Shown here: one piece after another, positions 45,117 to 54,254 of the stretch
How positions within the stretch are numbered: the stretch's first letter is position 1
How the letters are laid out: each line of letters starts with the position of its first letter
NCBI GenBank assembly: GCA_040399745.1
Contig: JBBARP010000001.1
Location: 170,617 to 234,616 of the forward strand
Reading direction: 5' to 3'
From: Bdellovibrionia bacterium
GTDB taxonomy: Bacteria > Bdellovibrionota > UBA1018
Length of the DNA stretch: 64,000 nt
Made by a program: the position numbers and the translations under genes
Notes under the pieces: model-generated
What the model saw: only the letters and a program-made list of their open reading frames with translations
Database searches by the model: none
What the model was told of the DNA's origin: nothing

Positions 45117-46592
45117 TTAGGCTGCTTTTGTTTTCTTGATGGAGAGTAGCTTCGTCAGCAGTTCAGGAATCTTATCGAGATCGGAGACGTGCTGAACCGC
45201 GCCGATTTTAGCGGCCTCGCGAGGCATTCCGTAAACGACGCAGCTTTCTTCCGATTGCCCGACCGTGCGTGCGCCGGCTTCGCGCATTTTGAGTAGCCCT
45301 TTCGCTCCATCCGCGCCCATGCCTGTCAGGATCACGCCTACGGCTTGCGGGCCAACTTGGCGAGCCACACTATCGAATAGCACGTCGACCGAAGGGCGAT
45401 GGCCGTTTCGCGCAGGGGTTTGATCGAGACGAACGCGAAGGGCTTTTCCTTTGCCGACGAGCTGCATGTGGAAATCGCCAGGAGCGATTAAGACGCGATT
45501 TGCTTGAACCGCATCGCCATCTTCAGCCTCTTTGACTTCGAAGGGGCAAAGCTCATTCATTCGCTTAGCAAACGCAGCCGAGAAAATGGGCGGAATGTGT
45601 TGAACAATGACAACACCGGGGATGCGGTCGGGGAGGTTTCCGAGTAAGAGTCGAAGTGCTTCGGTACCACCGGTCGACGAACCGATCGCAAGAACCTGCT
45701 CGGAATCGAGCTGAGCGTTTTTGAAAGGATTCTCACTCTTTTTAGGCAGCATGGAACGCTTGGGTCGCGAGCGAATCGAGGCAGCTGTCTTAATCTTTTC
45801 GACCATGACAGGCCCCAGTTCAGGGAGTTCCTCAAGGACGGGCTTCTGAAGGTAATCGACCGCTCCCTGTTCTAGAGCAGCGAGCACTAAAGGGCCCTCT
45901 TCAAACGAGATAGAACTGACGATGATCGTGGGAATCCAGATCTGGCTCATCAGGTAGCGGTGGAAGTCGACACCGTTCATGTCCGGCATGTGAATGTCGA
46001 GAGTGAGGACATCCGGCTTGTGCTGCTGAATGAGTTGCATGGCTTCTTGTGCAGAGCCGGCCATACCGACGACTTCAATGCTGGGATCTCGTGCCAGAAC
46101 TCCGGTCAGGAGTGCTCGAATGCTCTTCGAGTCGTCGATGATCAGAACTTTGATTCGGGGAGCACCTGGAGTCTGGAGTGGAGTCAGACCAGATGCAGGC
46201 AGTGCAACGACCGGTGCGGCGCTTGCGACGGCAATTCTGAGGCGGCCGAGTCCCGGGAAGGCTTGAACATCGAGCTTCGCGCCTTCTCGTTCGGCGACGG
46301 CTTCCAGAACAAAGCCCAAAGACGAGACCTTGTTCTTGAGAATCCCGACGCACGGTTTGAGGCCTGCAATTTTCCACTGAATTCGGTCGGCAGGACAGCC
46401 GAGCAAGGCCGGAACTCTTCGAAAGAGCGACTCGATGGCCTCGACATTTCCGCAGTCCGAGCTGGGCACCCAGACCACCACGCCTGTGGCTGTTCCGGGC
46501 AAATGCCCCATGAGGCAAGCGCCCTCGTCGATTGAGAAGGCGCAAACCGCGTCGGCTGAGAGCTTTTTCCAGTAGCCTTTCGGCTTAATCAC
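45117..46592 (-). CDS. cheB: Chemotaxis methylesterase CheB with extra N-terminal CheD-like domain
   Basis: REC (IIDDS, TLDIHMP), GSSTGG, VQHIP, HRPSVD, LTGMGADG; SD AGGAGG before GTG 46592. Confidence 0.93.
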   Translation of the reverse strand: MIKPKGYWKKLSADAVCAFSIDEGACLMGHLPGTATGVVVWVPSSDCGNVEAIESLFRRVPALLGCPADRIQWKIAGLKPCVGILKNKVSSLGFVLEAVAEREGAKLDVQAFPGLGRLRIAVASAAPVVALPASGLTPLQTPGAPRIKVLIIDDSKSIRALLTGVLARDPSIEVVGMAGSAQEAMQLIQQHKPDVLTLDIHMPDMNGVDFHRYLMSQIWIPTIIVSSISFEEGPLVLAALEQGAVDYLQKPVLEELPELGPVMVEKIKTAASIRSRPKRSMLPKKSENPFKNAQLDSEQVLAIGSSTGGTEALRLLLGNLPDRIPGVVIVQHIPPIFSAAFAKRMNELCPFEVKEAEDGDAVQANRVLIAPGDFHMQLVGKGKALRVRLDQTPARNGHRPSVDVLFDSVARQVGPQAVGVILTGMGADGAKGLLKMREAGARTVGQSEESCVVYGMPREAAKIGAVQHVSDLDKIPELLTKLLSIKKTKAA

Positions 46593-48552
46593 TTGTGCCC
46601 TCCTGCGGGAAATCAGCTTCCGCATGGTAGGCCAAACTGGTCCAAGGAACGCGTCGTCCAGGATGGCGAGCGATTGCGCCCTTCATCGGGATGGCTTCAT
46701 TGAGCACCCAAAAACCGCGCTGAATGAGTCCTCGGAGTTTGAAAAAGCCGGTATCCGAGACTCCGCTGATCGCGACCACACCGGTGGTGCGATTGCTGGT
46801 CATGCGCAGGAAGTCTGTATTTTTTAGGGCAGATTGAAGGTCGCAGAACACCAACCGATTGTTTTGAAACAAGGCCTCGCCGGTAGGCGCGTCTTGGGTG
46901 TCGGGTGTGACGGCAGGCTGACTGTTGCCTCCGCGCACACGAGTGGCGAGAAGTTCTACGGGTGAGCCTGAACCTTCAAAGAGCACCCAAGTGGCCGGTT
47001 GTTCACCTCGTAGCTTCGAAAGCATGGCCTCGAGTTTTTTCTGATCCCCGAGTTTCGCCACGATGATGCGAAGCTTCTCTTCGGGTCGGGTGATTTTCAC
47101 AGGCTTTGCGAACGAGGCTTGCAGCGAAAGATCGCGTCCTGCCGGTGAGGGCGGCTCGGGGAGCGTTGCTGCTGAGAAACACTTCGAGCGGATTTCGTCG
47201 GCTCGGTCGGTCAGTTGTTCGAGCTTGGGCTTCTCAATATAGTCGGCCGCTCCTAAGCGAAGAGTCTCTAGGGCAAGGCCAGCATCGTCTCTTGAAACCG
47301 AACTGACCACAACAACCGGCGGATGGCCCGGGCGGTAGTTACGCGCCAGATAGGTTACTCCGTCTTGCTCAGGCATATGAATGTCGAGCGTGATGAGGTC
47401 GGGCTTCAAGGCCTTCACCTTCTCGGCAGCTTCAATTCCGTTTGCTGCAGTATCGATGACTTCAAAGCCATACTGCGGAACCAAGACGCGCTTCAGAAGG
47501 GTGAGGATGCTGGGCGAGTCGTCGACACAAAGGACGCGGATGACTTTCTTGGCAGTGTTAGCGGGTCCAGCTGCGCTGGGTTCAGAGGCCTGAGTTTTGA
47601 GCGCACGATCTGAAACGCTCGCTCGCGTTGCAGTCACAGTTTGCGCTGGATGCGAAGGAGATAGGGCGGCAGGTGCTAAGCGCGCAGTTTTCCCTTGAGG
47701 ATGTCGGTAAATCGAGGGGCCTACCGATTCGAGTGGAATGCCCAGTTGGTTAAACGTCTCTGAAATCCCAATGCAAAGAATTCCGTCCGTGTGGAGGTGT
47801 TGGGCTAAGGAATGACCCACTTTTCCAATTTGCTCGCGGTTGAAATAGATCAAGACGTTTCGGCAAAAGATGATGTCGAACTTTCTTCCGTTCAGAGCAC
47901 CCGGCAGCTCAAAAAGATTCAAATTCATGAATTGTACGGGTTCTCGAATCGACTTCTTAGCTTTCACGAAGTCGGCGATGTCGGAAGTGCCGCGAGCCCA
48001 GTTCCCCAGAGTATATCGAAGCGGAGCAGGCTCGAGTTCTCGGTGCTGATAGACGCCGTTTCGCGCGTGCTCGACTGATTCGGGATCGATGTCGGTCCCA
48101 AGGATTTCGTAGCTAAGGTCAGGGGCGAGGGCCGGAAGATGGGTCTTCAGCAGCATGGAAAGAGAGTAAACTTCTTGGCCACGGCTGCAGGCAGCGGACC
48201 AGACACGGATTTTCTTGTCTCCACGCGCACGCACCGCTGCGATGATTTTCTCGAGCCCGCCATTCGCAAAAAAATCGAAGTGAGCGTGCTCCCGGAAAAA
48301 GTAGGAATAGTGAGTGGTGAGGAGCGAGACGAGCGCTTTGGATTCGCCCTGAGGGTCGGCTTCGAGAAAGCTCAAGTAGTCGTCCAGAGTCTCGACGCCC
48401 ACCTCTTTCATGCGTCGCTTGAGGCGGCCTTCGACCATGATGCGTTGGTTTTCCCCGAGCTGCACCCCGGTGATTTGCTGGATCAACGCAGAAACTTCGC
48501 GAATGATGTCCTTGCGGGGGGCTTTACGGGCTGTACTCAACTGCAACCTCAA
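46585..48552 (-). CDS. cheR: Chemotaxis methyltransferase CheR fused to a receiver domain and a degenerate C-terminal domain
   Basis: TTHYSYFFRE, IRVWSAACSRGQEVYS, FDIIFCRNVLIYF, then VLCVDDS...TLDIHMP. Confidence 0.92.
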   Translation of the reverse strand: MRLQLSTARKAPRKDIIREVSALIQQITGVQLGENQRIMVEGRLKRRMKEVGVETLDDYLSFLEADPQGESKALVSLLTTHYSYFFREHAHFDFFANGGLEKIIAAVRARGDKKIRVWSAACSRGQEVYSLSMLLKTHLPALAPDLSYEILGTDIDPESVEHARNGVYQHRELEPAPLRYTLGNWARGTSDIADFVKAKKSIREPVQFMNLNLFELPGALNGRKFDIIFCRNVLIYFNREQIGKVGHSLAQHLHTDGILCIGISETFNQLGIPLESVGPSIYRHPQGKTARLAPAALSPSHPAQTVTATRASVSDRALKTQASEPSAAGPANTAKKVIRVLCVDDSPSILTLLKRVLVPQYGFEVIDTAANGIEAAEKVKALKPDLITLDIHMPEQDGVTYLARNYRPGHPPVVVVSSVSRDDAGLALETLRLGAADYIEKPKLEQLTDRADEIRSKCFSAATLPEPPSPAGRDLSLQASFAKPVKITRPEEKLRIIVAKLGDQKKLEAMLSKLRGEQPATWVLFEGSGSPVELLATRVRGGNSQPAVTPDTQDAPTGEALFQNNRLVFCDLQSALKNTDFLRMTSNRTTGVVAISGVSDTGFFKLRGLIQRGFWVLNEAIPMKGAIARHPGRRVPWTSLAYHAEADFPQEGTSD

Positions 48553-48577
48553 TTCAGAAATTTAGAAACGGTGTAGC

Positions 48578-49048
48578 TCACGCCGCTTTTGCAGCTAGAA
48601 TTCGGTCCTCGACACTGAGCGCTTTGGCGATATCGATGATCAGAGTGAGCTTTTGATTTTCGGTATGAACGTGGGTGATCAGGTCCTTGCCCAAAGAAGT
48701 TTGAATTTCCGGATTCTCACTGAGTTGTTCCGGAGTGGGCGATAGAACCGAATTGATCGAGTCGACCAGCATGCCGATACACAGAGGTGCCAGATCGCAA
48801 ATGATCACCGCTTTCTCGACGGATTCGTTCGGGGTAATTCCGAATTTTTTCCGAAGGTCGAAGACCGAGATGACCTGACCCCGCAGGTTCATCACTCCGA
48901 GGAAATGCGACGGAGTGAAGGGGACGGGGGTGACCTCGGGCACAGCGATCACTTCGCGCACCTGAAGTAGCGGCATGGCGAAGTCCTCTTTTCCCATGGA
49001 AAAGCGCAGGAATCGGTCCTCGGCTCGGGCTTGATGCTTCCGGCTCAT
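48578..49048 (-). CDS. cheW: Chemotaxis coupling protein CheW
   Basis: VREVI, GVMNLRGQVISVFDL, GMLVDSI. Confidence 0.95.
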   Translation of the reverse strand: MSRKHQARAEDRFLRFSMGKEDFAMPLLQVREVIAVPEVTPVPFTPSHFLGVMNLRGQVISVFDLRKKFGITPNESVEKAVIICDLAPLCIGMLVDSINSVLSPTPEQLSENPEIQTSLGKDLITHVHTENQKLTLIIDIAKALSVEDRILAAKAA

Positions 49049-50820
49049 GCGGTTCTCTCCTGGATCGGGCGGTGGGGGGCGGGCCGCTTGGTGCTGCCTC
49101 CCGTGAGTTCACTGAGTTCAAGAATCAGCGCAGGCTTCCCGTCGCCGAGAATGGCACTGCCCGAGAAAGCCTTCACGTGGGCGACTTCTTGTCCCAGTTT
49201 TTTGATGACCACTTGATGTTGGCCGACAATGTCGTCCACTAAGACTGCGTGAATTTTTCCGTGGGCTTCGTACAGAATGGCGATCGCGTCGTGAGCGTTT
49301 TTTGGCGGGATCCTGCGGCCCAAGAGTTGGTCGAGTCGGAAGAGGGGAATGGTCTGGCCGCGGAGCGAAAGCACTTCCCCGGCAATGGTGCTGGGGGTGA
49401 TGTCGGCTTGACCTGGGCGAACGCTTTCTAAGACCTGGGAGAGCGGAATCACAAACCGCTCGTTGCCGCAGCGAATGATCATGCCTTGGATGATGGCCAA
49501 GGTCAGGGGGAGCCGGATTCGGAAGGTCGAACCTTTGCCGAGTTCCGTTTCCACTTGGACTGTTCCTTGGAGCGCTTGAATGTTGGTCTTGACGACGTCC
49601 ATCCCGACGCCTCGGCCCGAGATGTCGGTGACTTGTTCTTTGGTGGAGAATCCTGCGGCGAAAATGAGTTGATAAGCTTCTGAGTCGCTCAATTGGGCAT
49701 TGGGGCTCAACACGCCTTTTTCAACCGCTTTGCGTCTCAGTTTATCCGCATCCATTCCGCCGCCATCATCGGTAATCTCGATGACGAGTTGTCCGGCTTG
49801 TTGGCGCGCGGAGAGGCGAATTTTTCCTTCGGTGGTTTTACCTGCATCGAATCGGCGCCGCGGATCTTCAATGCCGTGGTCCACGGCATTTCGAACAATG
49901 TGAACCAGAGGATCGCTGAGACGCTCCAGCACCGTTTTGTCGAGCTCAGTTTCCTCACCGATCATTTCGAAAATCACCTCACGACCCAGTTGCCCGGCTG
50001 TGTCGCGCACAATCCGCTGCATCTTCAGGAAAGTGGGCTTGATCGGAACCATTCGAAGTCCCATGGAGAGGTCTTGAATCTCTTGAGTGACTTTTCCAAG
50101 TTGATGGGTCGTGGAGCGAATCAGTGCCGAGCCGCTCGAGTGGGCTTGCTCGCGAAGAACGGTCTGCAGAATGACCAATTCACCGACGTAGTTCAGGAGC
50201 TGCTCGACGCGGGCCAGGTTGACGCGAATACTTTCTTCGCTCGCTGCAGCTTTCGTAGGACTCGGTGAAGAAGCCGTGGCTTCCGCTTTTTTCGACTGAT
50301 GAAGTTCCTGAACGTGCTGGCGCGTGGTCTCGGCCAGGCTTTCAAAATTCGCAAGAAGCTCGTCGGCTTGCATCCCGGCGGTAGGAAGATTTTGATCGAT
50401 GGGGGGTGAGGTCACGGCCGTCGCTGGAGCGGAAGCTCCTTGCATGGCTTGATGAATTTCTCCCAGTAGTGCGGTGCAGTCGAATCGAGCGTTCAGGTCG
50501 GCCTTCAAACCCTCGAGCATGGCGCGAATCTGATCGTTGCACCGAAGGAGCAGATCCATCATCGGACGCGCGAGCTTCAAGGTTCCCTTCTTCACTTTCA
50601 GAAGAAGCGACTCCATCTCGTGGGTCAGTTTTCCCATGTCCTCAAAGCCGACGGCTTTGGCGCTGCCTTTCAGGCTGTGGGCGAGGCGAAGAATCTTGTC
50701 GAACTGCTCCGGGGCTTCCGGATTGTTCTCCAGTTCTAAAAACGCCTGCTCAGCGTCGGCCAAAAGTTGCGCCGCTTCTTCCAAAAAGCCTTGCTTCAGT
50801 TCCAGCTCGAAGTCCGTCAC
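49045..50820 (-). CDS. cheA: Chemotaxis histidine kinase CheA (no obvious P2 domain)
   Basis: HPt AHSLKG, RNAVDHGIE, DDGGG, SGRGVGMDVV, C-terminal CheW domain. Confidence 0.97.
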   Translation of the reverse strand: MTDFELELKQGFLEEAAQLLADAEQAFLELENNPEAPEQFDKILRLAHSLKGSAKAVGFEDMGKLTHEMESLLLKVKKGTLKLARPMMDLLLRCNDQIRAMLEGLKADLNARFDCTALLGEIHQAMQGASAPATAVTSPPIDQNLPTAGMQADELLANFESLAETTRQHVQELHQSKKAEATASSPSPTKAAASEESIRVNLARVEQLLNYVGELVILQTVLREQAHSSGSALIRSTTHQLGKVTQEIQDLSMGLRMVPIKPTFLKMQRIVRDTAGQLGREVIFEMIGEETELDKTVLERLSDPLVHIVRNAVDHGIEDPRRRFDAGKTTEGKIRLSARQQAGQLVIEITDDGGGMDADKLRRKAVEKGVLSPNAQLSDSEAYQLIFAAGFSTKEQVTDISGRGVGMDVVKTNIQALQGTVQVETELGKGSTFRIRLPLTLAIIQGMIIRCGNERFVIPLSQVLESVRPGQADITPSTIAGEVLSLRGQTIPLFRLDQLLGRRIPPKNAHDAIAILYEAHGKIHAVLVDDIVGQHQVVIKKLGQEVAHVKAFSGSAILGDGKPALILELSELTGGSTKRPAPHRPIQERTA

Positions 50821-50827
50821 GAAAGGC

Positions 50828-50855
50828 TTTTCGGTCCAAAAACCCGTGAGGTTGA
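50828..50855 (-). promoter_or_regulatory. Possible sigma28 (FliA)-type promoter of the che operon
   Basis: TCAA-N16-ACCGAAAA compared with TAAA-N15-GCCGATAA consensus. Confidence 0.4.
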
Positions 50856-50874
50856 GTCAGGGAAGATTCAAAAT

Positions 50875-51774
50875 TCATCCACCTTCGAACCCCATCTCGG
50901 CCAGGGTAACTGTCTGAATTTTTTCAAAAAGCACCTGGTTCGGGAGGTTCCAATCGGTAGGGCTTGGGAATTTGAAGGAATTTCGAATTTCACGCACCGC
51001 GTCGCTTGCGGTGCGTTGTTTTAGAATTTCAGGCAGCGTGACCCCTTGGGTTCTTTTTTCGAGACGCGCCCCGTCGTCTTGGGTGACTAGGGCTGCATGA
51101 AGGACCGAGGGGAAGTCTCGAAGCCCCATCCATTTTTGAATGGCTCTTTGAGCAGCGAGTGCCGAGGCCAAGTCGCTGGCGCGAACCAGCCAGAGGTATC
51201 CTTCATCGGCATCGTCGATGGCGCAGGCCCACGGGTAAGCCGGGGAATACGCTTGGCCGTCCCGCCCCGTTCGCGCGGCGATAAAATCGTCGCGTCCGTC
51301 GGGTGAATCCATGCGAAAGCGCCAGCCCAGGGTTTCGCCCTGAAGAGCTGGAAAAGGAGGCAATTGATCCGGGTCCCAGAGCTTTTGCTCGGAAGGCCGG
51401 CAGTGTCCTGAATACGCCGGCACGGGTGCGTGAGGCGCGCTTGCGGCCTGGGCTAAGGCGAGCTGCACTTCGCGCCGCGAGCAGGTGCAAGGATAGAGTT
51501 GCCCTTCGCGGAGGGCTTTTCGAAAAAGAGCTTCGTGGCGCGCGTGATTCTCACTCTGCAGGGTGATTCGGTCTGGAATCAGGCCTAAGTCGGCTAAGTC
51601 TTGAAGTTGCTGCTCTCGGGCACCCGGAATCACGCGGAGGGTATCGATGTCTTCAAATCGAATGGCCCAAGGCTGCCCCAACCGACGCGCGAGTTCCTGA
51701 GAAAGGAGCGCGGTTCGCAAATTTCCTAAGTGAAACCGCCCGGTCGGAGACGGGGCAAATCGAACGCCCTGCAT
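50875..51774 (-). CDS. gluQ: Glutamyl-queuosine tRNA(Asp) synthetase-like (GluRS catalytic domain only)
   Basis: RFAPSPTG, HLGN, RFEDID, CTCSR...YSGHC, no anticodon domain. Confidence 0.8.
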   Translation of the reverse strand: MQGVRFAPSPTGRFHLGNLRTALLSQELARRLGQPWAIRFEDIDTLRVIPGAREQQLQDLADLGLIPDRITLQSENHARHEALFRKALREGQLYPCTCSRREVQLALAQAASAPHAPVPAYSGHCRPSEQKLWDPDQLPPFPALQGETLGWRFRMDSPDGRDDFIAARTGRDGQAYSPAYPWACAIDDADEGYLWLVRASDLASALAAQRAIQKWMGLRDFPSVLHAALVTQDDGARLEKRTQGVTLPEILKQRTASDAVREIRNSFKFPSPTDWNLPNQVLFEKIQTVTLAEMGFEGG

Positions 51775-51779
51775 GGGTT

Positions 51780-52202
51780 TTAGCCGTTACTGAGGACGTC
51801 GGGGCGGATTAGCACTTCAATGGCCACCTGAATCCCTCCGGCAAAAGCACCAATTCCCCAGCCGAGAAGTGCCAAAACCGCGAACTGGACCGGGACGCCG
51901 GGGAAGAGTCGGTCTTTCAAAAAGCCAATCCCCAGGACACTGGTGGCGACTGAAACTGCGGCGACGAAAGTGAAAACACGTAGAAACCCGGCCGTTCCTG
52001 GGCCTTTTTTGCGATCTGCCCACCTTCCGGCAAGCTGGCCGAGTAAGCCTCCTAAGGAACCTCCGGCCACGATCGGGGCCAAAGGAAGGTCCACTCCGGC
52101 CCGTAGGGCCCCAAATTTCGCCATCAAAGCCATTCCGACGCTGGCTAGGGCGCCAATTGCGATGCTGAAGAACAGCCAATGGAGCGGGAATTTGGGTTTC
52201 AT
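51780..52202 (-). CDS. Hypothetical membrane protein (about 4 TM)
   Basis: Four hydrophobic segments; start could alternatively be 52220. Confidence 0.65.
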   Translation of the reverse strand: MKPKFPLHWLFFSIAIGALASVGMALMAKFGALRAGVDLPLAPIVAGGSLGGLLGQLAGRWADRKKGPGTAGFLRVFTFVAAVSVATSVLGIGFLKDRLFPGVPVQFAVLALLGWGIGAFAGGIQVAIEVLIRPDVLSNG

Positions 52203-52308
52203 GCCCCTGTCATAGTTCATCTAGTTTTTTTTCTGCTGCTCTTTTCGTAAATTCCTGCTGACCAAACGCAGAAGTCTGGGTATGAGGATTCCTACCAACT
52301 TTTGGAGT

Positions 52309-52384
52309 GGGCCCGTAGCTCAGTTGGTAGAGCGCCAGCTTTGCAAGCTGGATGTCCTCGGTTCGAATCCGTGCGGGTCCACCA
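52309..52384 (+). tRNA. tRNA-Ala (UGC)
   Basis: GGGCCCG/CGGGTCC acceptor with G3:U70, D arm, CCAGC-TTTGCAA-GCTGG anticodon arm, TTCGAAT T loop, encoded CCA. Confidence 0.97.
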
Positions 52385-52428
52385 TTTTCTCTGCCCCAAG
52401 GCAGCCAGCTCAGGCTAGATTACTGAGC

Positions 52429-52815
52429 ATGAAAAAACTCGCCCTCGTTGCTCGATTCCTTCTAGGAATTCAATTCCTGGTCTTTGGTTTGAACGCATTT
52501 TTCCACTTCATTCCCATGCCGCAAGACATGCCGGAAGCTGCGGTGAAGTTCGCCACGGCGATGGGTGAAACCGGTTTCCTCAATCAGTTGGTGCACGGGG
52601 TGCAAGTCGTTGCCGGCCTCATGCTGCTCAGCGGTTTTCAGATTCCTTTGGCACTTCTGTTCTTGGCCCCGGTGGTCGTGAACATTCTTCTGTTCCACTG
52701 GTTCCTGACGGGCCCAGCCACCATCGGCATGTCCGTTTTCATCATCGTGATGATGGTGGTTTTGGCGAAAGCTCACTGGGCGAATTTCGCTCCGTTGTTT
52801 CAAAAGAAAGCCTGA
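52429..52815 (+). CDS. DoxX-family membrane protein
   Basis: ARFLLG..FLVFGLN.FFHF.PMP, LAPVVVNILLFH. Confidence 0.85.
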   Translation: MKKLALVARFLLGIQFLVFGLNAFFHFIPMPQDMPEAAVKFATAMGETGFLNQLVHGVQVVAGLMLLSGFQIPLALLFLAPVVVNILLFHWFLTGPATIGMSVFIIVMMVVLAKAHWANFAPLFQKKA

Positions 52816-52846
52816 AGTCTGATTTTTGCTTTTTGGAAGTGATTCT

Positions 52847-53554
52847 ATGCAGATGATTCGTCGGTCCGATGAGCGCGGGTATTTTGATCACGGGTGGTTG
52901 CGAACGCACCACACGTTCTCGTTCTCGGATTACTACGATCCGGAGTTCATGGGGTTTGGCCCGCTTCGAGTCATCAACGAGGACTTCATTGCCGCGGGCG
53001 AAGGGTTCCCGACGCATGGGCATCGCGACATGGAAATCCTGACGTGGGTCATCGCCGGCGCGGTGGCCCACAAGGATTCCACCGGGGGCGAGGGAATCAT
53101 CCGTCCCGGTGAGCTGCAAAAAATGTCGGCGGGTCGCGGAATCCGTCACTCCGAATTCAACGGGCGAAAAGACGTCGAGACCCACCTGTTTCAAATCTGG
53201 ATCGAGCCCTCCCGGAAGGGACTGGATCCCGGTTACTGGCAGACCGATTTCAACGCTGAACTGGCTCATGGGGAACCCGTTTGTGTTGCGGCTCCGGAAG
53301 GTCAAAAAGGCTCGGCGCTGGTCATTGTCCAGGACGCAAGTGTCTGGGTTTGGCGTCCAGGCTCGAAGCAATCGCGCTGGGAAATTCCCCTCGCAAAAGG
53401 TCGCCAGGGCTGGCTCCAAGTCACGAAAGGCGCCTTCACTTCCAACGGAAAAACTCTGAAAGCAGGCGATGGACTCGCAGTCCGTCAAGCATCGGCGGTT
53501 GAACTTTTGAGTGCTGCAGAAGGCTCAGAAGCGCTCTGGTTCGACCTGCCCTAA
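52847..53554 (+). CDS. Pirin-family protein (YhhW-like)
   Basis: HGWLRTHHTFSF, LRVINED, HGHRDMEI, MSAGRGIRHSE, QIWI. Confidence 0.95.
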   Translation: MQMIRRSDERGYFDHGWLRTHHTFSFSDYYDPEFMGFGPLRVINEDFIAAGEGFPTHGHRDMEILTWVIAGAVAHKDSTGGEGIIRPGELQKMSAGRGIRHSEFNGRKDVETHLFQIWIEPSRKGLDPGYWQTDFNAELAHGEPVCVAAPEGQKGSALVIVQDASVWVWRPGSKQSRWEIPLAKGRQGWLQVTKGAFTSNGKTLKAGDGLAVRQASAVELLSAAEGSEALWFDLP

Positions 53555-53564
53555 GTCTCCTGCT

Positions 53565-54200
53565 TTAGGCTGCGATGACTCGACCACTTGGTCCTTCGCG
53601 AAGGGCTTTCTCGACTTCTGCGTCGGTGACCTGCGCGAAGTTTTCGTAGAACTGGCCTACGGAATGAAAGTCGGCAGGTTCTTGAAGCGTGACCAGTTCG
53701 TCTACTTCCGAACGCAGGCTACTGGCGGCCAACGGTGCTGCCACCGGTGTGGCGAGAATTAAACGCGCAGGGTTTTGAGCTCGGAGCGCTCGAACGGCAG
53801 CGAGTGCCGTGTGACCTGTAGCAATGCCATCATCCACGATGATCACATTTCTTCCCGTCGGAGAGACCGGAACGGACCACGGCCCATAGGCGGTTCGCCG
53901 TTTCCTGAGTCGTCCGATTTCGTCCCAAGCGAGGGGATCGAGTTGCCAGCGCTCCATCTCTGGGCCTGCGTTGATGTCACCAAACTCGCTCACTGAACCA
54001 ATCGCGTACTCGGGATTTCCAGGGGCTCCGATCTTGTGCACGAGCACAATGTCCAGCTGGCCGTCTAGCTTTTCGGCCACGATCTGGGCCATGGGAACGG
54101 AGCCCCGGGGAATCCCAAGGACGAGCGGGCGAGTGTCTCGGTAAGCGTCGAGCTTTTGAGCCAGGAGTTCTGCGGCTTGGGTGCGATCGCGGAAGCGCAT
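53565..54200 (-). CDS. Phosphoribosyltransferase-family protein
   Basis: MRFRDR, LGIPRG, KIGAPGNPEYAIG, IIVDDGIATG, VGQFY..F.QV. Confidence 0.9.
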   Translation of the reverse strand: MRFRDRTQAAELLAQKLDAYRDTRPLVLGIPRGSVPMAQIVAEKLDGQLDIVLVHKIGAPGNPEYAIGSVSEFGDINAGPEMERWQLDPLAWDEIGRLRKRRTAYGPWSVPVSPTGRNVIIVDDGIATGHTALAAVRALRAQNPARLILATPVAAPLAASSLRSEVDELVTLQEPADFHSVGQFYENFAQVTDAEVEKALREGPSGRVIAA

Positions 54201-54254
54201 ATGCCATTGGTCCAAGCAATGCTTGGGCCCGAGTGGGATCGGGAGGATCTGAAG

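Noticed and set aside
52282..52428. N-terminal extension of the DoxX ORF
   Set aside because: Runs through tRNA-Ala; true start is more likely ATG 52429
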